DNA of 64,000 bases from Zygnema circumcarinatum SAG 698-1b (lineage: Eukaryota > Plantae > Zygnematophyceae), in contig CM074804.1 in assembly GCA_037447605.1 (NCBI GenBank), forward strand, positions 6,983,909-7,047,908, in the 5' to 3' direction. The translations under genes were made by a program, and so were the position numbers. Positions within the stretch are counted from its first letter, which is position 1. The number at the start of each line of letters is the position of its first letter. Below are positions 36,809 to 49,574 of this stretch, piece after piece. The notes under the pieces are model-generated. The model worked only from the letters and a program-made list of their open reading frames with translations, ran no database searches and was not told where the DNA came from.

Positions 36809-38442
36809 GACAGGCTGGCGCGTCTGCTTATAGTGCAGGACCGTGGGTTCTGCAGCGGAAGGCGACACCGGAGAAGAAGAAGTGATGAAGAAGAGGAAGA
36901 AGACGAAGAAGAAGAAGTTTCGCAAGAAGTTTTGCATTCAAGTGGTTGACGATGGTGCTTTGGCGGGGAGATGAGACGGGGATCGTCCTCCAGATGCCTT
37001 AGCCTTTTGGTCGATGCTTGGCAGGTACCAAAGTACAGAAGTTGTTTTGGTGCCCTTTGCGGTTATCAGGATCTGCTGTTTTGATGTTATTTACAGTCGT
37101 ACAGTGTACTAAATGTGTAGGAGTATTTCCCGAACTACTGGAATCGGACCACACAATGTCAAATTATCATATTTCTTGTTTGTATGTTAGCTTTAGTTTT
37201 GTCGAATAGTATTGATCTCACTTCGCGGCGACATCAAATGTACTCAGGAAAGGGGCATTACGATGAACTTGCGGTAGCAGGCAACAAATGAATAAAAGCA
37301 TTAAGTAAAGGCTTCGACTAGAGGATGCATCAGGCCTAAAAACATGTGTTTTTGAAAGGAGCCGCATTTGCCGCTAATGCGTGGCAAGTCTCGATGAGGC
37401 AGGGATTGAAAGCCCCAGCGTCGAGCAACAGCTGAAGTGGGGAAGGAGAGTGAGAGCGAAGAAACGTTGCAAAGCGCTTGAAATGTGTCCATGAATGCTT
37501 AAGTGGTGTTTAGCTTGCGATCAGCCGTCAGCTTTCAGAACCTCCATCCGTCGTAACATGGTATCTGTCGCCTCTGTCAACGACAAGCAGTCGCGACATT
37601 TGACTGCGCCAACAATTGGAAGCACCTCCCTTTGTTTCCTGTCCAAACGCGAATGGGTCTGTATGTGTTCAGCATTGCAAGATCTTGCAAACCGTCTGCA
37701 CATGCATCCGGCTCTGGGCAGTCTGGGCAATGCAGTTAATTTCTCTTGAGACATGCCATGGCCATGGCATGCCATGCCCTGCTATGCGGGGGGTTGCATC
37801 GACATCGCCATCGCCATGCGGAGACCAGCCATGAACCGCCCAATCGTAAAACGGTACAGAACGCCCAAACGCAGATCTGCCGTACAAAATTTTCGCTTTT
37901 TTTCGTCGACTTAAGCACATCCTTTCACGGTGGCTGACGTCATCCCAGGACGACTAGCCAATCACTATCGCCTAACCAAACCTTCGACCAATAGGAGAAC
38001 AGATCTACATGTATGAAAGAGCCGGTAGGAACACACCACAATTGTACGGCTGTAGTGGCACCGCGCGGCTCGCGCATGAAAGCAGAGACATAAACTTCCG
38101 TTTGCGCTCATGATGACGTCATCACACGGAGCAGCTTGGCAGCAAGGTCTTGGACTTGGACGGGCCGAATTGTTTGGACGTCCGCTCCAAAGGCTGCGCT
38201 TGGACTACGGTGGGAGCCGCGCGGTTCGAGCTGGGAGGCGGGGGGGGGGGGAAAGGGAGGGGGAAAAGGAAGAGGAGGGAGGGGGAGAGAGGCGGGAGGC
38301 GGAAGCCTCCCTGCGCCTCGGCTCGGCGTGCAGGAGGTGGCAGCAGGGGCGGGGGAGGAGGGGGAAGGGGAGGCCATGCAAGGAAGCATGGAAGACGCTT
38401 ATCTTTTGTAGGGATTGATGATTCTGGAGGATTCTGGCTGCA

Positions 38443-41400
38443 ATGCCGCTGAAGAGAGGAGTGAGTAGCCATGGACTGAACGGGGGGGGGAAGGGGTGCA
38501 ACCGCACAGCGGTGCTTGCGACATGGATGGCATTGACAGTTGGATGGGCACTTATGCACTTTGTCAACAGCCCGCAGCGGCTGCTCCAATCAGTAGCTCG
38601 GACTGAGAGGCGCTTGGAGAGAGAGCGTTATGTAATTGACGGTACAGCTGAAAGGACGGACAAAGTCGCTAGGGCTAGACTTGAAGTGAAGGAGACTGTG
38701 GAATTGTTATCAGATGTCGAGGAGGCGGAGAAGCTTCGTATTATTCTTAGAGAAGTCAAGGAGGGTGGGGAAGCGTTTGAGGAAAGTGACGCCCTTGACA
38801 AATTTTGGAGATCCATGTCACAGACAGGGTCCACAGATCTGGTGGAATCATTTAGGAGGCGGGAAATTGAGAAATCTGTGGAGTCTTCAGGGAATGATTT
38901 GAACAACCTTAGCAGTAGTTCGGAGGCAAGAGGCGGAGATAGGAAGTCAGAAGCAAATAACTCGTCAAGTGCTACAAATTTCCAGCTAAATATCATCAGC
39001 AATGCAAATGGCACTGTACAAGAGCAGCAAGCTGCTGTTCAGGAGCATGTACAACGAGGAAAGGAGAGCGTGTATGAGGACAATGGTGAGAGAATGGATG
39101 TATCTGGCCAAAGGAACCAAGATTCAGGCAGGATCAGCGATGTTGAGGCAAAAGACGTAGGGGCCCGCGGTCATGGTGGAGGTGGGGAGTGGGGTCCGCA
39201 GCAACGATGGAGTGCTCCTAAAGAGTGTGCCACTGTGGAGGAGATGGGACGCGTTGCGGTAGGAAATACCGCACAAGCGAGTCTTGACATTCGGCGGCTC
39301 ATTCACGGGCACTTGCTTCAACATGGTTAGTTAAGCCTGCTCTGATCAGTTACAGTCAAGGCCGGACAGATTACTAATTTGACCGTACAGGACTCAATTT
39401 AGACTGCTGCGGCTTTCGCAAAGATACAGCGTCATCGAACGCTGAAAGGTGCTTCAAGTAACATCCGTTTTGCATTTTTTTTGGTGATCAAAACTGTTAC
39501 ACATCGAGATCTTCCAATTAAGTCAAATTGGGGAAAGGATTGGCCAAACTTAGTGCTTACATGAAAACCTTTCATCAGAGCTGAATTTGATCTGCGACTG
39601 TTGTTTTTCCAGAATTCTTTTTTTTAGAGAAAGCATATTTATCAGATTTTGGTTATATATCTACTCGTGCACAAGGTTCCTGGAGGAAAGATAGGAACGT
39701 CCAAGAGAGATTATTGTCGTAAAACTCTACAAATCTGCATAGCATGTCATGTCATGTCAATGAACCCCGTCAGGATGTCAGCCAGGAAACCAGAAAGCCT
39801 GCCTAGCCCATGCATGTTGCATGAAGCTGCTTGATCTCGTCGTTTCGCTCTCATTTGCTCCGATTGTATCGGAGCTCTAGCTTGGTTTTTTCTAAACAAG
39901 CTCGGTGTGACCCCGTGTCTTGTCCAGAATTTTTCATTCTATCTGTCGTGTGTGAGTTCTAGCTCATTTCTTCAGAGAGTATGGAGAAGCATATTGCCAT
40001 CTTATGCCCCAAATTACTCAAATATGCTCAAAGCTAACATATGGGAGTGAAGCTTTGTAAGAACTCTTACCAGATTGGTCTTGGCAGATATTTTTGTCGA
40101 GAGTGAGGACTTCCTGCAAGCTGTTTGCCTTTCCTATGGTGGAGGAAGTCTCCTTCGCCATGGAGTCATTTCCTCTGCAAGCTTATACCGGCAATAGAGT
40201 GTGATGTTGTTGATTTTTGCATGTGTCTGCACTTGTTTCTTGACTTTCGACTAATTTCTTGCTAGTCTTTACATTCTATATCAATCATAGTCGGCAAACC
40301 ACTCGTGCAGCATAACTCTTAAAACTGCTCTCCTGCTTCAACCAAGGCGCACCGAGTATTGTTGTTACCGTGCCACAGAACATTGTTGTAGGGCTCTGCC
40401 CTTTCGTGTGTGTGGTTACCCTCACCCTTACGGACCAGCCAATATGGACAAAGAGCTGAGCTCAGGGACGTCCCGTGACGAGGGCATGGATGGGATTACG
40501 TACTCGAGAACGCAGGCCTTGGGGGCTGACGAGTGATGCCCCGCATGGACCTCTGACGTCAGCTGGGTCCGCGGGCGTAGGCGCCACAAAACTGCGACAG
40601 CTGTCGGAGGACGAGTTTTGCAGACGCGGTTTTGTTATGGGGAAGGGACAGCACGACGGCCTCGGCAACAACCTGTATAAGATCCTCACAGGGGCTGCAC
40701 TTGCAATCATGCTCAATAGGTCCATCATCATCGGGGAGACAGGGCCAAAAGCCCTCTCGTAAGTTTCCATGCCACGAGGTAGTTTCTCAATCTTCATGTC
40801 GTGTGCTTACTGAGCTGGGAGGCTTGATTTGAAATCTGGCACTCGTTGAGAGATTGTTGCTTAATTGTGAGACTTGTTGCAGAAAATAGGGAGTTCGACT
40901 AGGGAATGCTGAGGAATTTGTATGGTTTGAACTACATTCCATAGTCTTCATTTCGTTTTCTTGCAATCGAACTGGGAACTCAAAATAAGGTGCTTATGCT
41001 GGGACTGGGACCTTACAGGGCGACGCACCCTGAATACGTGAGCCAACGCAAAGAACTCATGTTTCCATTCAGCAACTACTTGCGGTATTCCCCAGAGATG
41101 ATCAGCATGCAGGAGGCGAAGCAGTTGTGGGTGCGTCATGGCTGTGCCAGCCGCCATGGTCGACCTTTTCGTATGCGGGTGGACTACTTCAGCCGAATCA
41201 AAAGTTCGAAGGTGCTTTGTGAAGATTGGACTGCTTGGGAGCAACCGGTTATTTGGTATGCTTTTCCCGTTTCTTCTTCCTCGAGCTTTAGAAAGCAGTA
41301 TGAACTCTAGGCCAGCACTTAGCCTTTGTAACTGTGCCATGTTGGAAGGGCCACCTTTTGAGCTAGACAATATTATGTTTGGCATCACGCTGAGATAGAT

Positions 41401-43654
41401 TTTAGAGAGTCAACCTGCTGGACGAGTGAGTGATGAAGTCGGATACGTAAGAGTGTCGCTGATAGCAACTACAGGAGATCAAAGGCTTTCCGTTCGAGTA
41501 CATCGAAGGGCAAATATCTATGACACTCTCTCAACATGTTCTTGAGTTGCCAAATTGACTCATGGTTTATTCATTCAAATTTTGTCAGCCAAGTGATTTT
41601 CCAGATCAGACAGAAGTGGTCTGAATTAACCTGGAACTGAATCTAGTATGTGCTTTCTGGCTTCCATGTTCTCTCCGAGCTAGGAATTACTTGACGTTCA
41701 GTTGAATCTTGACCTTCCTGTTTTAAAAAATCTATTTCGTTACGTTGGAATTCATGGTAAGGAGAAAGAAATAATCGTGGAATAGACAATTTGTGATAAC
41801 AATGCCCTGACGCCTTGCTTATCCTACTGGGCTTCCTCACAGGTTTGCAGAGGCCACGGACTCCGTGGGTTTGCAGTGGTTCCTGAAAAACCGGCATTGG
41901 AACATGCGGGATCGTGCTATGGCGCTCTTGGGAAGGCCATGGCTTCCCGACTCACGTGCTAACCTGTTTGGAGAGCTTGCCCATGCTCTGTTATCGCCGC
42001 AGCCTGTGGTGGAAAGGGCCATTCGGTGGACATTGAAGCATGGAAAAGACCCGGATGTTGTGCTTCACCTACGCCATGGCCGGTTGGTCCTCTCTTTCAT
42101 GGGATCCTTTGTCTGAGCAGCTCTACTGGCAGAACTTCCTTTGTTTCTTCAGCGGGGCATGGAGCGATCTTTTGAAATTCCCGCAGAACCATTTTGCTTG
42201 CCCTCTGCCGAGTCGTGTGAATGTTGTACTTTGACTGGAATGCAGAATGCACAACACAATTGAGGCTGGAATTCGATGTGTTTCGCGTCTGCTGGGCCAA
42301 TTTGAGGGCGACGGGGCTCCTCGCGTTGCTGTAGTTTCCGACACACCCGGGGCGAGTGACAAAGTGGCCGAGCTACTGGGAAGGAAAGCACAGGTGGGTG
42401 AGAGAGGACCTTTACTGTAGATGGGAGATATGACTTCAATTTCGTCAATGCAGCTACTGGAATACAGGAGGCTGGTCTGTGTTTGGTGTTTCAGACTGAC
42501 AAAGAACCAAATCATAAACAGTTGCCCCTGTTTGCGCGAGACGCAGCGAATGATCATGTCCATACTCATGGTGAGAAGTGGGGCAGGTCCTGAAGTTTGA
42601 CTTCAACAAGTTTGTGCAACAGCATCCGAACATCAGCATCATGAGCTCCTCTTACTTTGCAGTAAGTCAATTTGACGGGTCCGTATAGAAGTGACTTGTG
42701 CGATGTGTCCTGATCATGTTGGACAGATGGTAGGGCAGAAGACGTCTTTTTGGGTGACATATGATTCGAAAGTTCTGAACACATTGTTAGTATGATTCGC
42801 CTCATATGTTGCCCTGGCCTGCGTGTTGTCTATTGCGAGGAAACGAGGTATAACAGTGAGTTTGGAAACCGGTGGAGGGATGTAAGAGGATGCTGTTTTT
42901 CATAGGGGCAGGCTGTTGTCTATCTTGTGGGCACAGGCACCAGCCAAGCGTGTTGAGGACTGGGGTCCGCTTCCTCGCTGGGTGGCCATTGTGGAGTTCT
43001 TCCTCGCTGCACGTGCTCGGTTCGGCCTTGTGTCCGGAGGGGGCTCCCGAGTGGCAACTACATTCGCTCAGCTCGCTGCCGCCCTGGCTGCAGCAAAGCA
43101 ACTACGTCAGTAGCTTCACTTTCTGTGCTGATTTCTCATTGGCTGCTTCAGCAGAAGTTGGTGAAGGTGCTTCCTCCCCAGGCTGTTAGGAATAGCGCCA
43201 GTTCTCCCCTTAAGAGGGGAGTCTTTGTAAAGTTGTTACGAGTGCTGACTTCTCCTCAATGCACGTGCTCTTTGTTTCAGGGGATGATGGCGTGGACGGC
43301 GGATTCTCCCTGTACAGTAGCTTCCAGGCGACTCTTCTCGAACACGGTCTGCTTCGCCAGAGCGGCAGAGGGTACACGTGGCACACCTTCGGGGGCCCTC
43401 TGAGCTGCCCCGCTCAGCCGCGGCAGTGCGCCGCGACTCCTCTCCTTCCCTACGCCTGGTGGGACGGCCCCTGGCAGTCTCCTATTGGCCGCCAGGTCCG
43501 CAAGCTGCAGGCCGCGGGGCTGCTGGTCGCCTCCGACGGAGAAGTTGGGTCTGCGGCGGTGGAGGGCTTCTGCGTAATGCACAGCCGAGGCGATCCCACT
43601 GTGGTTGACTTGGCCCTTCCGGCGTGCAAGGACGTGGCCATCTGCAAGGAATAA
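38443..43654 (+). CDS. Plant O-fucosyltransferase-family glycosyltransferase (type II membrane protein)
   Basis: An N-terminal TM anchor and long stem precede ECATVEEMG, LRQLSEDEFCRRGFVMGKGQHDGLGNNLYKILTGAALAIMLNRSIIIG, FPFSNYLRYS and DPDVVLHLR, as in the plant uncharacterised O-FucT family. Stop at 43654. Confidence 0.8.
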
Positions 43655-44258
43655 GACGAATGTTGAATTTGGTTCCTTCTTCTTCTCTTGCGGTCGTGGA
43701 GTAGGAGAAATAAAGGTGTTTTTTTGTAGAGTTCGGTTAGTTTTCAGAGTAGCAAAAGTAAAGGCTTTTTTTGGTTAGTTCAATTAGTCATTGTTGTGAC
43801 TTAGGTTTAGTGTTCGGTGAGAAGTTAATTCTGGCACAGGTCTTTTCCTTTCCTTTCTTCTCCTTTATTTGATGTTCTTTATATTTTTTTGCCCACTCTT
43901 TAAACTATTCTCACTTTGTCTTGACTCTTTCCCTTTTGACCTCTTGTTGGGCGCTGTTCCGCACTCTGTTCAAGCCTTTGGTAAAGTCAAGGCAGCCAAA
44001 GGATAAATGCGTCAGTGAAGGTGGATGCGAAAACATTATTACAAACAACTATTGACTCCATGCTGAACCTTGTGCTCCAGTGAGTAGTAAAACTGGAACT
44101 CTCTCTGTTTCTATTGACAGCTTCCACTGCCATTCTAATCTTGCCAGGAAATTATGAGTCCGCAAACCTCTTCACAGCTAGATTCCCCCCCGGAAAAAAA
44201 TAGCGGTTCCTTAATTTACAAACTTCCAGGGGCACTTCCGGAAGCGGTCGGGGGTCGG

Positions 44259-47200
44259 TCAGTCGCACAAGTTCTTGAAGCCGAGGTTTCTTCCTGCCCT
44301 GAAGTCTTCGTACGCCCTGTAGCCGCCTACAAATGTTGTGAAGAAAGTTCCCAATACTATGAGACTCACCAAGATGATGATGATCAGTGAGGCGCGGCCT
44401 GCACCCATGAACCAGTAAGAAATGTCAGCTATGCCCTTCTGCGTCAGAGAGGCCAGCCCTTCGCTTGCAAACCGAGCAACGCGGCCCGCTGAACGACTAT
44501 GAGTTGGGCTTCTGAACCCTTTCAGGGCTCTTGCATGAAATATAGGGCCGCGTTCAACAATGCAGTTTACGATATAAAGGCCATTGGGCTAATGAGTTGC
44601 TAACGGCCCAACTGTGATTTTTCCCATGGCGTATCAAATGAAGGGACTAACGAAGGCGAAACCACCTCGTCTGAAACAACGAAGGCTTAATTAGTATAGG
44701 GTGCTGATTCTTGGTCATTTCGGGCACAGAGGACTTACCTGTCCTCTTGATTACTCCGCCGACTACACTGACGCCCACCAGCGATGCAACGAAGCAACTT
44801 GGAGCAAACCAAGCCGCATAGCTAGAGTTCAACATGTGTTGCAAGTAAAAGGAGATCGAAATGGTGCTGCTGCTGAATAGAATCATGACCACTGCTGTGG
44901 AGGCCGTCACCTGATAACGTCTCGCCAAAACGTCAGAACACCCATCAGCTAGCACCCAAAATCACTATCACAGCCAAATCCATACATCAAGAACTTCCAA
45001 TACTGAATAGTTCATCTGTTTCTGACTTCTCTTACTCCAACCTCACGATGCAGCGTGCAGGCAAGGCGGCCCATAAGCTCAGACTGCCGCACACTGCCTG
45101 TCTGCGGTGTATCGCACTGCCCGTGCAAATACCGTCAAGTACGTATTGAACAGTATTAGCAATTGCAAGAAAACAATCTTCTGGCATGACGTAGAGAAAT
45201 ACCTGGGGATGAACGCCCATGGCCAGTAGAAAGGGGCTGTTGAAAACCACACAGGATGAATATTAGATGATGAAAATTTAGACGACCAGTGGCTGCTAGC
45301 AGGCAATGCCTTTTTCCTTTGAGGAGGAGACATTGAAGTGTTGAGCTGCAGTAGAGTTAGAAGTAGAGTGACTGGACACTCACTTGAATATGAGGGCCCC
45401 TCCGATCCCGAGAAGGCCCGCAGTCGCTCCGGCCACCACCATGATGCATACAGCCTGATGCGGAAGCGAACGTGGAAGTGTTAGCAAAAGTTAAATCACT
45501 AAGTGTTTGTCTGCGAAACTCATATAGACTTAACCATTCAGTTCATATTCGTCATAGGAAGACAGCACCTGGAGAAGCTTGAACACCCCATCCTGTTGCG
45601 AACGTTCATTGTCTCGACCGAGCAGAAGCTGCTGCATGCCTCGGTCCATGCTCGCCGGATTATTCTTTAGTTTCCGCATCTGCCCGTATCCAAGGATTGC
45701 AAGGTGGCTTTTCTCAGTGCGGCCAGGACCCACATGAATAGTGGTAAGTGTTGTCGACATTTTTGGTTGGCATCACCGATTTATATTGAAAATAGAAGTA
45801 TGAAAAACGACGTCACGTTGCACCGTGAGTAGAGACGTGTAAAGGTAGGCAAGCAAACCAAAACAAATTGCTAATGATACGTGTGGCATCGCGAACCTAA
45901 TCGTTTTGAGGAACGAGAACTGACCTGCACCAATACCATCACAAGTGTGACGCATCCGCAGAAAGCGGTCTGCCCAGCCCAGAACGCAAAATACGGCGGG
46001 CTACATTTTTCGCTCCGAGTCATGCCTAGCTTGAACGAGAGGAACACAACCCATAAAACTGCCATCTCGACAACCACCCACAACAGTAAAATTGTCAGCC
46101 TTACAACCCGCATCACTGGGAAAATCAGCCGCCGGAGCTGGAAAGTTACGACGAAACTTTACGTATGCTGCAGACAGAGGCTTATACGGCAACAGGAGAC
46201 TAACCGATGATCAAGAGGAGAGGAACCACCGAAGTGCTGACGCGTTCCTTGACATGTTGGAGGTTCCCATTCTCTACAACGTGTTTCAAATGATTAAGTT
46301 CCATAAAGACATCGTGGCTCATCTCGGCCCACTTCCCATGTCTGAGATGCGCCATGCCTCGACTCAAGGCACTACCTTCTTCCTTTGTCTCACTTTCCGT
46401 ATGGAGAGGTTCTTCCTCATCGTGTATATGTTGCTCACCAACTCCTAGATGCTCCTGCAAGGTTGTATGCAACAGGAACAGTGTGATACATCTAGCTTTT
46501 CACAAGCGCTGCTGTTGAGCACCAACATAATAAGTGGGCCGTGTGATCCTTCAAGAAAGATGCAAGCAATTTATCCAACGCAATACCTAAGGTTGCCCTC
46601 TTCCAGTTCAGTAGTTCAACAGTAATGCGTGTCTTGCCTGTTGTCGCTTCTGCTGAGTTTCAGCTTTCCATGCATGGACAGCCTTCTTCCCAGTCTTGTA
46701 TATGACAAACGAGAGTAATATGACCAGGCCAAGGGACTGCAGCCAATTAGGCAGCAACGAATTGAAAATGACCCCAAGCCCGGTCCCAACGAGTAGTGCA
46801 GGTATGAATGTAAGCGCCAAGGTGAAGTCGATGAGAGAGGTATGGTCGTCGAGAGGGTTGCGCTGCAAAATCCCATATAAGGAGCTGGCAATGGCGCTAT
46901 TCTCCCCCAAGCCCCCCCCCCCCGGATTGTTTCAGACCTTTTGTTACTCAAACAAGAATGTAGGATGACAGAAGCTATATTGGACTTGCGAACGACTGCT
47001 ACCAGAATTGGTGCATTGTTGGAAAACATTCAAACTCCACAAAAACTTCTCTCACTTCGTCGATGTATCAATGGGCTCCGAAACTATAATTCAACCGTGA
47101 TCAACCTATGCAGACTTTTTAATGCTGCACTCTGATCCAAGGCAGCTGATTTCTTCCTACTGCGCCCTGTGTCTATCCCCCCCAGAGAAACAGTCGACAG

Positions 47201-48240
47201 CAATGACGACCGGCACGGTGACAGTCAAAGAAAAGCACAAGAGCTCGACTACTGCAAATGAGAACAAAATCTCACTGTGTACTAAAATGTCCTGTAAAGT
47301 ACCTGCAGGCCACCACTGTGTGAGATAGAGCAGTCGAGGAGTTGATGTCAAATCCCAGAACCTGTGTACGAAGCACCCATGCCGTCGCATGACCCAGAAC
47401 CTCTGCAATTTTAACAAAGACAGGCCGATTCGTGCTAACCCAACTCCAACTTTTCACGAGGTCAGCATTTCAAGAAAGAATGAGTGGAATTTTTTTCAGT
47501 TACATTAACAATTAGCACTGATATTTAAGCTTTCGGTTTCCCTGTTCTTTAGTGTTGTCATTTCTGTTTAAGATTTTATTAAAAAATCCTGCACCAAGAT
47601 CTCCAATTCAACAGTTCTTGCAGGACCAAAGCTTTCGCCTTTATTTGGAAATCACCCTCTAATCGTTCGAATCCACTGAGAACTATGTAAGCAAAAGGAA
47701 TCTCGCATAGTAAAAGGAGGCAACTAACATCGCTTTTCTGCGCTTATTTTCAACTTATCGATGAGCCTACATGTATTCATCTGAACAAGATTGCCTGAAG
47801 AAAGTGCTGGCGACTTGTACAAACATAAGAAAAATACCCTATCCTTTCCCCAAAAAAAGATCAGTCATAAAAAAGAGATAGAAAACACACCGAGTTGAAT
47901 AAGGGCATGTAGAACGGCCCCCCTCCAATGCCTGCCGAGTTCGCCAATAAAGCACACTGCGGCAAAAATATGTGACGAATGAAAATGAAACAAAGAACGG
48001 AGATATTTAATGTCCAAAAATCTTAAAAAAAGGAATGTACTTAGATTCCTGAACATTGGATGATCTACATCTTGCTGTACTTTCATGCTTTACCAGGCAA
48101 GCGAGCAGCAACGCTCCCGCGTTAACCCAGTTCCACTCAAAGCTTGTATCAGGCCCTGGCACCCCCTGCAAGGGCCTGCTGCTGTTGTTCAGCAAGAGAG
48201 CCCACAGCGTTTCATTGGAATGCAGGCTTGCAGCCGCCAT
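44259..48240 (-). CDS. TauE: Sulfite exporter TauE/SafE family membrane protein
   Basis: Start MAAASLHSNETLWALLL at 48240. Motifs ANSAGIGGGPFYMPLFN, LGFDINSSTALSHTVV, IDFTLALTFIPALLVGTGLGVIFN, GGVVFNSPFLLAMGVHPQV and VTASTAVVMILFSSS, ending GRASLIIIILVSLI...NLGFKNLCD* (stop 44259-44261). Confidence 0.88.
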
Positions 48241-48257
48241 GGATTCCCTCGTCTGCA

Positions 48258-48260
<3 letters not shown>

Positions 48261-48306
<46 letters not shown>
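48261..48306. repeat. (AG)23 microsatellite; (CT)n in the TauE 5' leader
   Basis: Perfect dinucleotide run about 20 bp upstream of the TauE ATG. Confidence 0.95.
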
Positions 48307-48311
<5 letters not shown>

Positions 48312-48667
48312 GAAGCGAGCGCGCCGGAACAAAAAAACGGCTTGTTTTGACGTCAAGGGCAGGGCCAAAACTTTTTACCAGAGTTAGACGCACATGGTTC
48401 GGGGTTAACTCAGTTGATCCTTCTCCATAGAGCCGTTGACCCAGAGTAGATCCGGATTCTTCTCTCTATCGGAGGTCTGCAGGACCGCACAGGGAGATAG
48501 ATGCTCATTATCAGGGACCAATTGTAACCGGATCCACCCTCGATCAACGTGGATGGCCCGACGCTGCGTCCGCGAATCAGGGCAGGGTTGATCTGGAGGG
48601 TAATATGGATCTTGCAAAGTGGACCCTTTCCATGCACCTGAGCGAGTTTCATGACGCACGACGGCTC

Positions 48668-48708
48668 GCCACGCGTCAAGCAGAGCATGAAAGGGCGCGA
48701 CACGTGGC
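48668..48708. promoter_or_regulatory. Candidate ABRE/G-box plus CE3-like coupling element upstream of TauE
   Basis: GACACGTGGC at 48699-48708 and GACGCGTGGC (minus strand) at 48668-48677; TGACGTCA also occurs at 48348 and 48804. Confidence 0.35.
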
Positions 48709-49574
48709 AGAAGGGGGTACGTCTTGCATGCCGGACTGGCCGAGAAAGGCTGACTGCAGCATGCGACACATGGCGAATGGTTGTCCGGCCACATCAGCAC
48801 ATGTGACGTCACGCCCACACCACAAACCAGGTTTTTCCAACGGCAAAAAACTACGAACCGGTTCGCATGGCGTCGCACAACACCAGGAAGTGTGAGAAGT
48901 GGGAAGAGCCATCCCGACGGAAGGAAGGCAGGAAGGCAAGTATTTGAAGCCATGTAACTGAACATGTAGCTTTACTATTACATGAGGAGGAAGTGACTTG
49001 AGACATGGGCCCTGCTGGCCATGTTCGGGGCATGAACTTCAAGCAACGTATGGAGCTCGTGACGAATGAGAAATGAAGATTGAAAGGAATTTGTGACTGA
49101 AGTTATTTATGATATTGGAGTGAGGAGCAGTAAGGAAGAGTATTGGCGTCGATGTGGTGTTGGTGTCCAATCCATGCGATGCCCAGGCCTATCTGCACGG
49201 GCTTTCTAAGCCTTCCATGACCAAAGGGCCTTACTATGTTATTTAACTTTTCAAAGCGTCTAGTTCGCCCAGCTCGTCTGACAAACTTATCCTCCAGTGC
49301 TTTATTTTTCATTTCTTGCTATGCAATGAACCGCTTTGGGCGCAGTGAAGGATGATACCGCAAAAAGAAGATGCCAAAGTAATTACACTCATGGGACGCG
49401 GCGTACCATGCCTATAAAGCCTTCATTCTATCTTTCCCTTTTACATCAGTAGCCTCTTCAGACTCTTCATCGTCCTCAGAAAGGTCCATTCGTTGCTCCT
49501 CCCAATTCGGACCTACATTGCAGGAAACAGCACTTGGGTTCTGTCGACCCCGCCCGTATCCGCTCCTCCCACTC

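Noticed and set aside
47660-47680. GTTCGAATCC, resembling a tRNA T-loop/B-box
   Set aside because: No acceptor stem, D arm or anticodon arm could be folded around it.
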